From Octopus bimaculoides (lineage: Eukaryota), in contig NC_068987.1 in assembly GCF_001194135.2 (NCBI RefSeq), positions 681,757-731,687 on the forward strand: 49,931 nt of DNA, in the 5' to 3' direction. Under the pieces are notes generated by a model that was given only the letters and a program-made list of their open reading frames with translations, was not told where the DNA came from and searched no databases. The first letter of the stretch is position 1. Every line of letters begins with the position of its first letter. Made by a program: the position numbers and the translations under genes. Positions 13,490 through 27,073 of this stretch are shown piece by piece.

Positions 13490-14139
13490 AATAAGCATTT
13501 GCGTTATTACCTCAAGTGACGCTTGAACTTATTTCATAATTTAACAGAGATCAGGTTATAATATATCATTGATCTATCCTTAATCCTCTTCTCAAATCCG
13601 CACAAATGATAATTTATCGGATTATATTCTTCATTAGACAACTTAATTATAAAATAGGGTTATTTAAGCTACTCACTTTTAAATGAAGTTTCAGGTGAGA
13701 TCGGCAAAATCACTTCAATGTAAATGTATTATCACAAGGAATGACCAAAAATATCTGCTGAATTCTTCGACTTTTATTTAAAATACGATAAAATCATTGG
13801 ATAATGAGATTAAAATACCAAGTCCTACTTCATTTCTTTTTATTCTTGTGACACTAAATATGTTAACCATAACTGATCTGTTATTTCTTATGCAGGTGAA
13901 GTCTTTGAATGATTTATTCTCGAAAGAATTTTTCGGTTACTAAAAGTAGTTCTGGATATATACTTTGTGGTTCTTCGATCACGAATTTCTAAAGTAATCA
14001 AGTACGTTCAGTGTGATTGATGAGTTCATAGACCATAAGACCAGAACATGCCCAGGGTTGTCTCCAGTAGTTTATATCCGACCAATCATAGTAGTGACTA
14101 GTCAGTAGTGATTAGTCATAGCAGCAACCAGTTGTAGTA

Positions 14140-14140
<1 letters not shown>

Positions 14141-14189
<49 letters not shown>

Positions 14190-14190
14190 A

Positions 14191-14222
<32 letters not shown>

Positions 14223-14242
14223 CATCTATCTATTTATCGACC

Positions 14243-14281
<39 letters not shown>

Positions 14282-14294
14282 ACCCTTCTTTCTT

Positions 14295-14339
<45 letters not shown>

Positions 14340-14340
14340 A
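14141..14340. repeat. Compound (TCTA)n-(TCTG)n-(CT)n microsatellite
   Basis: Direct reading. Confidence 0.95.
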
Positions 14341-16114
14341 TTTCATCGGACAGTTATGTTTAGTTTCTTTATTTAATGCTCCTTTTTACCAGATATGTTA
14401 ACCTTAACCGTCAATCTGTCTGTGTGCGTCCCTCTCTCTTCCTTTCCCTCTCCCCTCTCTCCCTCTTTCTGTGCACATATCTCTCTCTCTCAATCACCAC
14501 ACAATTACATCTAGTTTAGCTATTTTATTCAATGCTCTCTCTCTCTCTCTCTCTTCTCTATTAAAATATGTTAACACTAACTCATATTGATTATATGTTA
14601 GCATGAAACACTTCTGAGATGGTTGTTCTGACATAATGCGGAATCGGACGAAGAAAAATCGACAGAGTGCTGTGAAGGAATCTAAGAAAACAGAGATGGA
14701 ATGTCTGTGGGAAGAAAGGGGAAGGGGTAAGCTTTAGAGGCATTACCCTAGAATTTCTCATGGTACATTGTACCTGTACATAAACTAACATTGAAGGCTC
14801 TTCTTGGTTAGCTCGATCTGCTAAATGTAGCAGCGTAATTGTCCCCAAATCACACCAAACCACCTTAATCTGATAATGTCAGGAAACAAAACGAGGTGGT
14901 GGTCATGAATGTAATACTTCTCCTCATAAACCCGTCCAGTCTAGAGCTGACATCGGAATAAAGAACAATTTCTCTCCAACATAATACCTTGGTCAGGTAT
15001 CTTCTGCTGAAACCACAAACCACAAATTAATTTCTATATTTCCTAATATTTCTGAATCGAATTAATTACCGCGGCACTTGTGTGTACCATTTACAGTAAC
15101 ATTCATTAAGCATTTCCATAATAATTTAGAAGTCTTTTTCTCTCTTTTAATTACTCATTTTAATACTCTTTGTTTCCATTTTTTGTATTACATTATTATG
15201 AAAAATGAAAATAAATTACCACATTTTTTTAGTTTATCTCTTTTATGACTCAATCTAAGAAGGAAGGGTCAGGCTGTTGTGATTGTAGGGCCTGAAAGAA
15301 GAAAGAAGGAAGCTGCACTTAGGCTGGAGAATTAACCTGATTGCTAGCAACAGAGCCTAAAGGTACTCAAGGGCCAGACGGTGGTACATGGCCGGGTTGA
15401 GGTGTTACCTTCCTCTGATGAGCTTTCAACTAGCCTTCGTCTACCAAATTATAGCCACAACGATTACGTCAGCTGGAGAGTATGTGAGGAGACACTGACC
15501 AAAGGTGTTATATAAGTGGATTAAAACCGAATTCATATTGTTTGAAGTAACAAGCAAAAACTTCCACAATTCATAAATTATGGCTTAAGAAAACGACAAA
15601 ACAATGTATTCCAGAATGTTCTATGCATTTAAAAAAAAGGAAAGAAAACAAAACGTGATGGCCATAAATGGAATGGTTTTGTTACGAAGTCTACTGAATC
15701 AGAGATGACATGGGGTTAAAGAACAACTAGATATTCTACCATACAAATATATTTCGAATAATTAAAACTCAACCAGTTGTTTTAAGTTTCTTCAAGCAGT
15801 GAGGACTAAATTTATGAGAGAAATTATTTCTAATTCCTATTAAAGGCAATGACGAGTCAAGTAATTAAAGCAGCAATCATTAAGGATTAATTGAGTCGAT
15901 GTTATGTATCTTTCTCTTTTCTCATTATCAAACTGTACAACTATTATATTACCAATTCTTTTAAATGTCCCATTAATTTAAATGTGAAAGAAAGTGGCTG
16001 TTTCTTTAAAGTTTTCTTTTAATTCGTAATGTCTTAGTCAGAGCAAGAAGAATAATGTCTATGACCTGATATTGCTGGCAGGGAACGGAAGAGTTCCATT
16101 CAAACTAGCAGCCC

Positions 16115-16285
16115 GGTCAGTATAGTTATATTGCATTGATCTGCAGAAAGGGCTGTGCCCGTAGCCTTCATGACAGGTTTGACTCGGTCGATGTTCTTCT
16201 TGACCGATTGTTAAAGAATGTATTCTACTAAATCCATCAAACGGTTGAGGGGTAGCGTTAAACAGGGCGACATACTGAGTCTGTC
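16115..16285 (+). pseudogene. Highly decayed non-LTR reverse transcriptase fragment
   Basis: YCIDLQK...(~26-nt interruption)...FDSVD matches the xDFxKAFDSV motif. About 90 nt later GSVKQGDILS matches the GVxQGxxLSP motif, in the correct order, although the spacing is shorter than in intact RTs. Confidence 0.5.
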
Positions 16286-17475
16286 ATGTTACGGATTCCT
16301 TAGAGAAAAAACGGGAGCGCGTTGCCTTACAGGCATTTTTATCGTTACATAGCCCCAGGTCAGTTCCGGCGCCGCAGCAGACATGTGATTGTGAATATCT
16401 TAGAAATAACGACAAAAGTCAAATCACAACTTACTTTCGTCCCATAAGAGCTGTTATATATAACAGTAATAACAAAGATGATAATAATAATAATGATTAT
16501 GATGATGGTAAAGATAGCAGTAGTAGTAACACGAACAATCGTAGAAAAATAATAAGTATCGCAAGCAGATGTAAAACAATTGATAATATTAAAATTTCAG
16601 AAATAGAAGCGTCTGTCCTCTTGGTAACGATAGTCTCCGTAAAAATATTGTATATAAATGCTCCGTCCAGACTGAAGGTATGTAAGTACAACAGCGGATT
16701 TTTTTTCAATAATCGATGGTGTGATCACGTGGTGTTAATTGGAGATATAAACACGAAACATAATTCTTCTTTGGTTAACGTCATCTGACATTTAACAGAA
16801 AAGAAGATTCGATACAGTTTCTGGTTCGTGGCAAGGACTGCCTACTCGTATGATGGGAATTCTTAGTAAATGTAATCTTTGCTTACAAGTGATGTTATGT
16901 ATTTTATTATTTAAAGAAAATTTGATTGATGATCAACTCTGAAATTTTTATGAGTTGCTTCCATAAGTTTGGAAAAGCTTTCGAAAAAAAAAATTACAAA
17001 ACAATATTTATTAGCGAACTTTTAAATATTCCGATTACCATCCGAAATCCATTTTCAGAAGAATGCTAAATGGACTTCTACATCACTATATGTATGGTAC
17101 ATATAATATGTGATTTGAAATAATTCACCTGGATTAATATGAAATTTTCAATTTTGGTGTCTGCAATTAAAATATCCGCTGAGTCACTATTTTATCTACT
17201 TTTATTTATAATAAATTACATAACTCACCATCAACAGGAAACATTTTAAGCAGGTCAGATTTTAAAACAGGTGAGATTTCTTACATCAACCAGGACAAGT
17301 TCAAAGTCGGCTGGATCTGTGGTTCACAGAATGTTAACATTGAAACATGTAGGAGAATTAGGAGGGACTTAAAAAGGCAAATAAGGAGCAAAGAGATCAA
17401 ACAAACAAACAAAGGAGTTTCACTTATCAAAGTTAGTTTATGGATGCACACTGGCATCAAAAAATGTATGTATTT

Positions 17476-17628
17476 GGTAGTGGGGTAAGAAGCTTGCTTC
17501 TCAACCATGTAATCCCTGATTCAGTCTCACTGCGTGGCACCTTGCGCAATTGTCTTCTACTATAGTCTCGGGCCCAACCAAAGCCTTGTGAGTGGATTTA
17601 GTTGAGAGAACCTAAAAGAATCCCGTCG

Positions 17629-17693
<65 letters not shown>

Positions 17694-17908
17694 GTGTGTG
17701 CGCGCGTCTTTGTGTTTGTCCCCCCTTCACCATTTGACAACTGATTTTGGTGTATTTATGTCTCTGTAATATTAACGGTTCGGCAAAAGAGACCAATAGA
17801 ATAAGTACTTGGCTTAAAAACTAAGTGTGGGGTCGATTTGTTCGACTAAAATCTTTCCAGGCGGTGCTCAAGCATGGCCGCAGTCAAATGACTGCAACAA
17901 GTAAAAGG
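17476..17908 (+). mobile_element. tRNA-derived SINE (family B), nearly full length, with internal (TA)n(TG)n array
   Basis: tRNA-like head GTGGGGTAAGAAGCTTGCTTCTCAACCA...GATTCAGTCTCACTGCGTGGCACC. Core CTATAGTCTCGGGCCCAACCAAAGCCTTGTGAGTGGATTT. The 3' part GGCAAAAGAGACC...AAGCATGGCCGCAGTCAAATGACTGCAACAAGTAAAA is shared with 47475-47600. Confidence 0.85.
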
Positions 17909-19059
17909 AACAGCTCACGAGCCAAAAGTTACATACATTATTGCATAAAATAGCAATAAACCTTGAGACCGAATTTAGAGGAAACAATCGTGTCTCTCTA
18001 AACTTTGATTAGTGGAGGGTCTTTCTGGGGGTTTCCAGTGATTACAAGTTCTTTTCGGATTTAGAACGAAATCTCGGTAACAGAGCAAACTTTGTTATGG
18101 GTAACAAACGACCAGGTGGCGCTGCTTACCTAGACAGTAGATTTAGTTTGTTGTGAAAGTGGTCGACATAATGGTGTGGCAATTAGTATCAAAATTTCTA
18201 ATTCCTGTCAGCAAGCCGCGAGGAAGACCTCACTAATCATTATATAATGATTATTATAGTGGTGGTGGTGGTGACGATGATACGTCCACCACTCACTGGA
18301 CGTTAGTGTACATCATATAAAACACTCAATCAAAACACAATTGCTTTTATCAAAAGCGAGATCTCAACATTAGATTATTTCGAACGTGTCCACTTTAGTC
18401 ATTGTACTCCTATCTGAATATACGGCACAACGAATACATAAAGACACCGCTGATGCTTTCTCCACCTCCCGCGCTTCTCTCACTCATTAAGAAATATCAC
18501 ATAGCAAAGTTGATATTAATATTCTGCCGGCAAAGAGAGAATTACAGTTGACAGAGAGATAGCGGAGAAAGGTCAAGCGCTGAAGTAGCAGCAGCAGCAG
18601 CAGTAGCAGCAGCAGGATAAAAACGGACATGTTTTGTTCTTTCGTTTCCGTCCAATACAACACCAAATGACTGTTGCTCTTTATCGGGGCTAACTGTTAC
18701 GATTATTCCGAAAGTTTTCGTTGTGATTAGATTTTAAGATAGCAGAGATGAACATCTCAAGAATATGATGCCAAATAATTTAATGTTAAATTCATTTATC
18801 AAACGATAGAGAGAAGAAAAGTAACAATCAAATAATAAAAAAAAAAACGTATCACAACAAGGAAAAAAATAAGAAAAATCAAATGTTAAAAATAAAAATA
18901 AGAATAAAAAAATGCTGTGCCAATACTAGTAATTGAACTTGGAATTTCTAGTCCAAAAAAATAAATAAAAATATCTTTCATTTAGCAATCAATAGGAAAA
19001 TACAGATATATTTGAAGATATGCCGAATGAGTCTAACTGATTGAGGGTAATGAAAAAAC

Positions 19060-19460
19060 AACTACAAATATGTATATACATATATATATGTATATGAATA
19101 TACATACATATATATATGTATATACACATATATTTATATACATATATATATATATATCTATATAAATGTATACATACATACACACACATATATATACATA
19201 TATATATATGTATACGTATATATATATTTGTGTTTGTGTGTATCTATATAAATTTTAATTTATATATATATATATATATGCATGTATGAATAAATTGTGC
19301 GTAGGTGTGTGTATGTATGTATATATAGATATGTTTGTGTGTGTGTATTTATATATATACATGCAAATACACACTCTCTCTTTCTCTCTCACACACACAC
19401 ATATACACACACACATATATATATACACACACATACACAAGTGTATATATATTTATAGGA
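19060..19460. repeat. Degenerate TA/CA/TG low-complexity array
   Basis: Direct reading. Confidence 0.9.
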
Positions 19461-20504
19461 AAATATCTGTATATGTGCATATATCTAAAAGATTAACGAA
19501 ATCAAGAACAAAGCCAAGACAGGAAACAAAGAAAGAGAGATCGGTAAACGATATTAGAATGTAGAAATAAAACAAAAAACAACAAATAAATAGATAAATA
19601 AATGTAGATGGGATTGGAGTGAAGAGGAGTGTGGCTGCAGTGCAGTGGTTGATAAAAACAACAACAACAACAGCAACAACAACAAAGGCAAACCTTTTCA
19701 ATGGTAAACTTTTACAAATTGGATATACTCACATGGCAATCTTCAAACCGAAAACCTCCAACCTCTTTCCAATTCCCAAGCTGATCTATAGCGATCTATT
19801 CTTTGTCTTATTGCTTTCCTTTATAATTTCTTGTTTTAAACAATCAATGTTCTACCGTACAAAGAAAAGCAATGAATTCGCTAAGTTTAGATGATAGTTC
19901 TTTTGTTTTTCTATTACTTTCTTCATTTTAATCTGATTCCACAGTTAACTCGGTTTAGGTTTAAACAAACTCAAATAATTTCACTGAAATCAAAGTAGAA
20001 AATCAGTGGCGAAGAATAAAGCAGAAAGATGGCGGTAGAATGGAGAAGGAGGGCATGTTTTTTATTGCTGCCTTTTTAAAGAGTGGGGGGGGGGGCAGTT
20101 TCAAACGAGACCCGCATCATTAACAATTAGAATCCCTCAGGTATCCAATGAGAGAACCTTTACAAGTTCACTAGAAATGCTACAGGTAGATAGCAAATCA
20201 CCTTAAATTACACACTACCGAATTTAAAAAAATGAAGGACATATCGAATAATGGAAATGACGGATGGAATGGTCAAGAATGGAGTGCCTTTGACCGTATG
20301 TCTAATTAATGAAACATTATAAACAATAATGAATGTAGCAGGAAAGAATTTATGACGTCTCAGGAATTTGTCTGTTGAAATGGTGCTGCTATGACGAAAT
20401 ATCGATTTCCTTGACAGAGGAAATGGACTTGGTGGGATTAAGGCGAAGACAATGGAGGCTGAATTGTGTTCAGAATTTAAGAAAATAGAACCAAGAGTTT
20501 CTGA

Positions 20505-20615
20505 TTTGGGCAGAAGGCCAGCAATTTTTAAGAGAAAGCAGTGTATCAATTATATCGACCCTAGTATTTAACTGGTACTTTCTTTTATCGACCGGACAGA
20601 AATGAAAGGCAAAGC
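20505..20615 (-). mobile_element. SINE family A 3' fragment
   Basis: ATCGACCCTAGTATTTAACTGGTACTT...TTATCGACC...ATGAAAGGCAAAG matches the 47.1-kb copy. Confidence 0.7.
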
Positions 20616-20692
20616 TGAAGAAACTAGAAGCAACAATGATAAGAATTAGTAGCATAAACACAACAGTAATAATTTAAATAGTAAGTTGTGCG

Positions 20693-20815
20693 TCGGTTAT
20701 ATTGACCCCAATATTTAACTGGTACATTATTTTATCAGTCCTAGAAGGATTAAAGGCAAAGTTGATTTCATCAACGAAATACTACAAGGTATTTTTCCCG
20801 ACGCCCAAACAATTC
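20693..20815 (-). mobile_element. SINE family A fragment (second adjacent copy)
   Basis: ATTGACCCCAATATTTAACTGGTAC...TTTTATC...AAGGATTAAAGGCAAAGTTGA matches the same family. Confidence 0.65.
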
Positions 20816-21035
20816 TTCATTTCCACTGGCCTTAACAATAATTGTATCCAAGATAGAGACAAGGCCTGTATTTGTCTTTTATTTTATTTGTTTTCTTTTT
20901 TGGTGTGGGGGTGGGGCAAAGGAAAACGAAATATATCGGCTCTAAAAAGGCAATAAAATAACATCAGTGTGACTTGAACTCACAACGTAAAGGACCAGTA
21001 GAAACAGTAAAAAATCTGTCACTCCACCGCCCTAA

Positions 21036-21038
<3 letters not shown>

Positions 21039-21089
<51 letters not shown>

Positions 21090-21144
21090 TGATGATGATG
21101 ATGATGATGATGTTGTTGATGATGATGATGATGATGATGATGAT
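21039..21144. repeat. Compound (AAT)n-(GAT)n microsatellite
   Basis: Direct reading. Confidence 0.95.
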
Positions 21145-21724
21145 TCAGCCATAAAATGTCTGATTTAAATGTTTGTCTAAACGGAAATGCATCTGACATG
21201 CGTGTAGGTTGATGAATCAAAGAAATTTGCAATACATACATACATACATACATACATACATACATTTCTATTGAAAATAGTGTCCAAGAGGGGGCATACT
21301 TGCCTCTACATTATTTCGTTTTTGTTTTAGTTACTCTATCTCTCACTGTTTTATTTTTCTTGCCACTCATCGTTTTTTTTTATGGAATATGTAAGAAGAG
21401 ACTAAAATTTTGGACGTCTCTTAAATTTGCAACGTTCTCAGCCATTGCGGAATTTGGATTTCCACCTTATATATTAAAGCTGCCCTTTAGTAGCACAGAG
21501 TGAGATCAAGAGGGGCAACAAACAAAATTGGTCTGTGGTTGTTTGTAGTTGTATAAGTTTATTCCGGACCCGTTCCACACCATCAAAATAAACGGCTGTA
21601 ACCTTAAGTCAACTACTAGAGGTTCATGTTAAAATATTACGTAACAACAAACAGTATATGCGAAAAGGTTCTTGAATCTGGCGATGGTTTAAAACACATC
21701 ACATCGGAAGTATTCTGTATACTG

Positions 21725-21790
<66 letters not shown>

Positions 21791-22094
21791 ATATATATAT
21801 CCGTATCCGGACTGTTGCCATAGTAACGTCGCTTCACACACTTCACACGTTCCTTCCAAGCACTGCTGTAAACAGCGGAAGTGAGTTAGAATGTTAAGAC
21901 TCAGTGCACATGCACAGTAGAGTTCAAGATCATTCTCTTCGGAACGGATTTACTCTGCGTTCTTTAGCTTCGTTACTATGGCAACAGTCCGGATACTTAT
22001 TGATCGGACCTTGAATATTATATGTATGTGTACGCGCTGACGCAAACGAAAACGCGAAGACAAATGCTGTTGTGTGTAGGCATGATGAATAGAA

Positions 22095-22337
22095 CGACGG
22101 CAATGATGATTGTGATGATGATGATGATGATGATGATGATGACGGCAACGCTGATTACGATGACAGCGATAATTATGATGATTACGGCGATGATAATATT
22201 GATGCTGAGAAAGAAAATTATGTTCACGGTGATTGTGAAGCTATTTATATTGATAATAATAGTTATTACGGAAAAAAAAGACAACCAAAAGTAATTACAA
22301 CAACAACGCGATAATAATGATATTAATAAAAGTAATA

Positions 22338-22386
<49 letters not shown>

Positions 22387-22430
22387 CAACAACAATAATA
22401 AGAATGATAATAACAAACATGGTAACAGTA
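22095..22430. repeat. (GAT)n/(AAT)n/(AAC)n trinucleotide low-complexity region
   Basis: Direct reading. Confidence 0.9.
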
Positions 22431-23059
22431 TTAAAAGAACAGTGGTATCTTCGATAACAAAAGCAGCATGAACATAAAGAAGGCCACTTGTAACATCAAT
22501 ATCACACACAAAAACATCAGCAACAACAACAAGTAAATGAAAAGGAGAGAAATCTGAGGAAATTAAAGATGGACGCAATTGTAATGTAAAAGGAAAGAGG
22601 AAGGGAGTCACCACTTACCCACCTCTTGCCATCACCCTCATTAATTCTCTTTCGTAGTCTTTTCCCCTTCAACCTAGATTCATTGTCTTTCCTGCCCCCA
22701 CTTAACTCCTGCTTTCTCTCTATCTCCCCCTCTCATTTACGCACATTCTTTTCCACTCTCTTTCTCTCTGTTTCACCTTCACAGCTTTCCTTGTATTTCT
22801 CTCCCTTTTCCCACATTCCTCTCACTCATTGCTCCACCCCGTTCACTCTCTCTCTCTCTTCCCCACACACTTTGTCTCTTCTTATCTCTCAGCCCTATGT
22901 TATTTCATCCTTCTCCCACACCCGTCTCCCCCTCTGCTATGCTATGCGTACTTGGGTGGCAGTAAACAGGCGAGGATTGGAATTTTATGGAACAAATCGA
23001 TGGATGATTCGATGTGATTAACATCACAAGATATTGAACGGATATGTGCGTGTGTGCGA

Positions 23060-23340
<281 letters not shown>

Positions 23341-23807
23341 ATCTTATGTATGTATATGATCAGTAGAACGGACTGTAACGGTGGTGATGCTAGCGTCATT
23401 GGAGTATAGCGATGGTATGTTGCGGTGGTAGCGGGGTGGGTATCAGTGTGTTTAGAGTTTAATGTTGTTGTTGTTGTCGAGTCCAGTACAGCTCTGATGA
23501 AGCAGATCTACAATCACAGCAGACTAGACATATGTTTATTACATATCATAGCATTGGTTACAACTCTTATTTGATATTCGCTGCGTCTGTATTCCAATCA
23601 ATATGTATGCATAGACATAATCACACAGATACACATATACATACACAAATACATACAGGCACACACACATATACGTATATACACATATATATGCATAATA
23701 GCTCCGCGCATATATATATATATATATATATGCAAACACATATCTACATGTATAGATTATGTATACATGATTGTATGTTTGTGAGTATATCTATATCTAT
23801 CTATCTA

Positions 23808-23840
<33 letters not shown>

Positions 23841-24513
23841 NNNNNNNNNNNNNNNNNNNNNNNNNNNNNNNNNNNNNNNNNNNNNNNNNNNNNNNNNNNN
23901 NNNNNNNNNNNNNNNNNNNNNNNNNNNNNNNNNNNNNNNNNNNNNNNNNNNNNNNNNNNNNNNNNNNNNNNNNNNNNNNNNNNNNNNNNNNNNNNNNNNN
24001 NNNNNNNNNNNNNNNNNNNNNNNNNNNNNNNNNNNNNNNNNNNNNNNNNNNNNNNNNNNNNNNNNNNNNNNNNNNNNNNNNNNNNNNNNNNNNNNNNNNN
24101 NNNNNNNNNNNNNNNNNNNNNNNNNNNNNNNNNNNNNNNNNNNNNNNNNNNNNNNNNNNNNNNNNNNNNNNNNNNNNNNNNNNNNNNNNNNNNNNNNNNN
24201 NNNNNNNNNNNNNNNNNNNNNNNNNNNNNNNNNNNNNNNNNNNNNNNNNNNNNNNNNNNNNNNNNNNNNNNNNNNNNNNNNNNNNNNNNNNNNNNNNNNN
24301 NNNNNNNNNNNNNNNNNNNNNNNNNNNNNNNNNNNNNNNNNNNNNNNNNNNNNNNNNNNNNNNNNNNNNNNNNNNNNNNNNNNNNNNNNNNNNNNNNNNN
24401 NNNNNNNNNNNNNNNNNNNNNNNNNNNNNNNNNNNNNNNNNNNNNNNNNNNNNNNNNNNNNNNNNNNNNNNNNNNNNNNNNNNNNNNNNNNNNNNNNNNN
24501 NNNNNNNNNNNNN

Positions 24514-24551
<38 letters not shown>

Positions 24552-25129
24552 GAATACCTTAATATAATATGCACGCTTAAATATAAAGATCGCTTTTAGA
24601 TGTAGTAATACCGAATGACCAGCATATCTTTTGGTATCAGGACATGTGGTGCGTTTCTGCAAACGGACTGCATTCATGGAGAAGCAGTTCTGTTCATGAA
24701 ACTCTGAACTACTACAGCTCTGCAGTTGCAGCCCGTCTGCTGAAATATCTTGTGTCCCTTATCAAAACTGCATATTTTATTTTCAAATATGCCTCGAAAT
24801 ATTTTCTGATTCAATTGCCTCTACGTTATATACACACGCAAGCACACATACCTGTGTGCGTGTGTGTGTGGTTAAGGCATGAATTAAATAGTAACTGCAA
24901 ATATTTTACACGCACCAAGGAATTAGAGGGCGAGTCTCGATCTACCTGCGTAGAAGTTTATCTTATGGCATGCAACAGTTTGATTATGGCATCAGTGTTG
25001 ATAATCCCAGGCGTCCGAATAATTACTGACTGGAGAATTCGTTCTCGTAAAGCCTCATCAGAAATAAAATGATGTAACAAAATACGACCAAAGTCTTTGA
25101 CTATCAAGGAGTGAACAGAAGAAAATCAT

Positions 25130-25194
<65 letters not shown>

Positions 25195-25978
25195 NNNNNN
25201 NNNNNNNNNNNNNNNNNNNNNNNNNNNNNNNNNNNNNNNNNNNNNNNNNNNNNNNNNNNNNNNNNNNNNNNNNNNNNNNNNNNNNNNNNNNNNNNNNNNN
25301 NNNNNNNNNNNNNNNNNNNNNNNNNNNNNNNNNNNNNNNNNNNNNNNNNNNNNNNNNNNNNNNNNNNNNNNNNNNNNNNNNNNNNNNNNNNNNNNNNNNN
25401 NNNNNNNNNNNNNNNNNNNNNNNNNNNNNNNNNNNNNNNNNNNNNNNNNNNNNNNNNNNNNNNNNNNNNNNNNNNNNNNNNNNNNNNNNNNNNNNNNNNN
25501 NNNNNNNNNNNNNNNNNNNNNNNNNNNNNNNNNNNNNNNNNNNNNNNNNNNNNNNNNNNNNNNNNNNNNNNNNNNNNNNNNNNNNNNNNNNNNNNNNNNN
25601 NNNNNNNNNNNNNNNNNNNNNNNNNNNNNNNNNNNNNNNNNNNNNNNNNNNNNNNNNNNNNNNNNNNNNNNNNNNNNNNNNNNNNNNNNNNNNNNNNNNN
25701 NNNNNNNNNNNNNNNNNNNNNNNNNNNNNNATATATATATATATATATATATAGATGTATACACATCCATATACACACGTGTGTGTAGAGTATATTTGCG
25801 TGTATAAACGGTAAACAGGATTAACATCTCATACCTCGATATCGACCAACAGACCGTAATTGTTCCTTTATGTACAAAATGTTTGTATTTACTTGTGCGT
25901 ATGTGCGTGCCTATGTATTTGTTATTGTGAATATGAGTTTCTGCGCATGCGTCGGTGCAATTGTATATATGACTGCCA

Positions 25979-26017
<39 letters not shown>

Positions 26018-26099
26018 AATAAATGCTGGTTATGTATCATGACCGGAGTTTTAAAAGCGGTATCGCATTGATGGAAAGTCGAATATTTTTATCTTCAAA

Positions 26100-26265
26100 T
26101 ATTAGTAGTATTAGTAGCGGTGGTGGTAATAGTATTACTTGTAGTAGTAACAGTAGTAGCAGTAATAGTAGTGACAGCACTTCTAATAGTGGTAGTGGTA
26201 GTAGTAGTAGTAGTAGTAGGTGGAGGAGCAGCAGCAGCAGCAGCGGTAGCAGCACCAGCAGCGAA
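26100..26265. repeat. (AGT)n/(GGT)n grading into (AGC)n
   Basis: Direct reading. Confidence 0.9.
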
Positions 26266-26714
26266 TTGGCAGCCTTTAACGAACTTTCTCCTGTCAATAT
26301 GAATTAGTTATCAGAAATACGGAGCGAAATATCCCCTCCAGGGCAGCCCTCTTCAACATCAAATATCCTACACTTCTCTGTTAAATTATCTTCTCTCGTA
26401 TTTCTTGATCCAGTTTCTTTAAAGTGCGTCTGTGATTTGAACACAAAACCTCTCGGAAACTGCGAGAGTCATCAGTTGGTGTGACAAATTCAGCATATTA
26501 TTTTTTCAAAACGATTTCGGAACCTGATCCTGGCAGATTTCATAATTTCTTCCTTATAAGGAAGTTTATTTCGTTGCAGTCAAAATATCTTTAGAAATTT
26601 TGATGATCTGTAAGAATATTATTGACTGTTTCTCTTTCCCATTTTCCCATTGTTTCTCTTTCTGTCTCTCTTCCTCTCACTGTCACTATATATGTTTGTA
26701 TATCTATATGCATG

Positions 26715-26763
<49 letters not shown>

Positions 26764-27027
26764 NNNNNNNNNNNNNNNNNNNNNNNNNNNNNNNNNNNNN
26801 NNNNNNNNNNNNNNNNNNNNNNNNNNNNNNNNNNNNNNNNNNNNNNNNNNNNNNNNNNNNNNNNNNNNNNNNNNNNNNNNNNNNNNNNNNNNNNNNNNNN
26901 NNNNNNNNNNNNNNNNNNNNNNNNNNNNNNNNNNNNNNNNNNNNNNNNNNNNNNNNNNNNNNNNNNNNNNNNNNNNNNNNNNNNNNNNNNNNNNNNNNNN
27001 NNNNNNNNNNNNNNNNNNNNNNNNNNN

Positions 27028-27073
<46 letters not shown>

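Noticed and set aside
13880-13960. Possible splice acceptor TTATTTCTTATGCAG|GTGAAG
   Set aside because: No open, recognisable exon or matching donor follows. No host gene model can be supported.
20405-20560. Frame FLDRGNGLGGIKAKTME, faintly like the LP..GGLG LINE motif
   Set aside because: A single weak motif with no supporting neighbours; its 3' part is SINE sequence.
21280-21720. CAAGAGGGGGCA/CAAGAGGGGCA pair and a possible DNA-transposon remnant
   Set aside because: Could not define TIRs, a TSD or transposase residues from the sequence alone.
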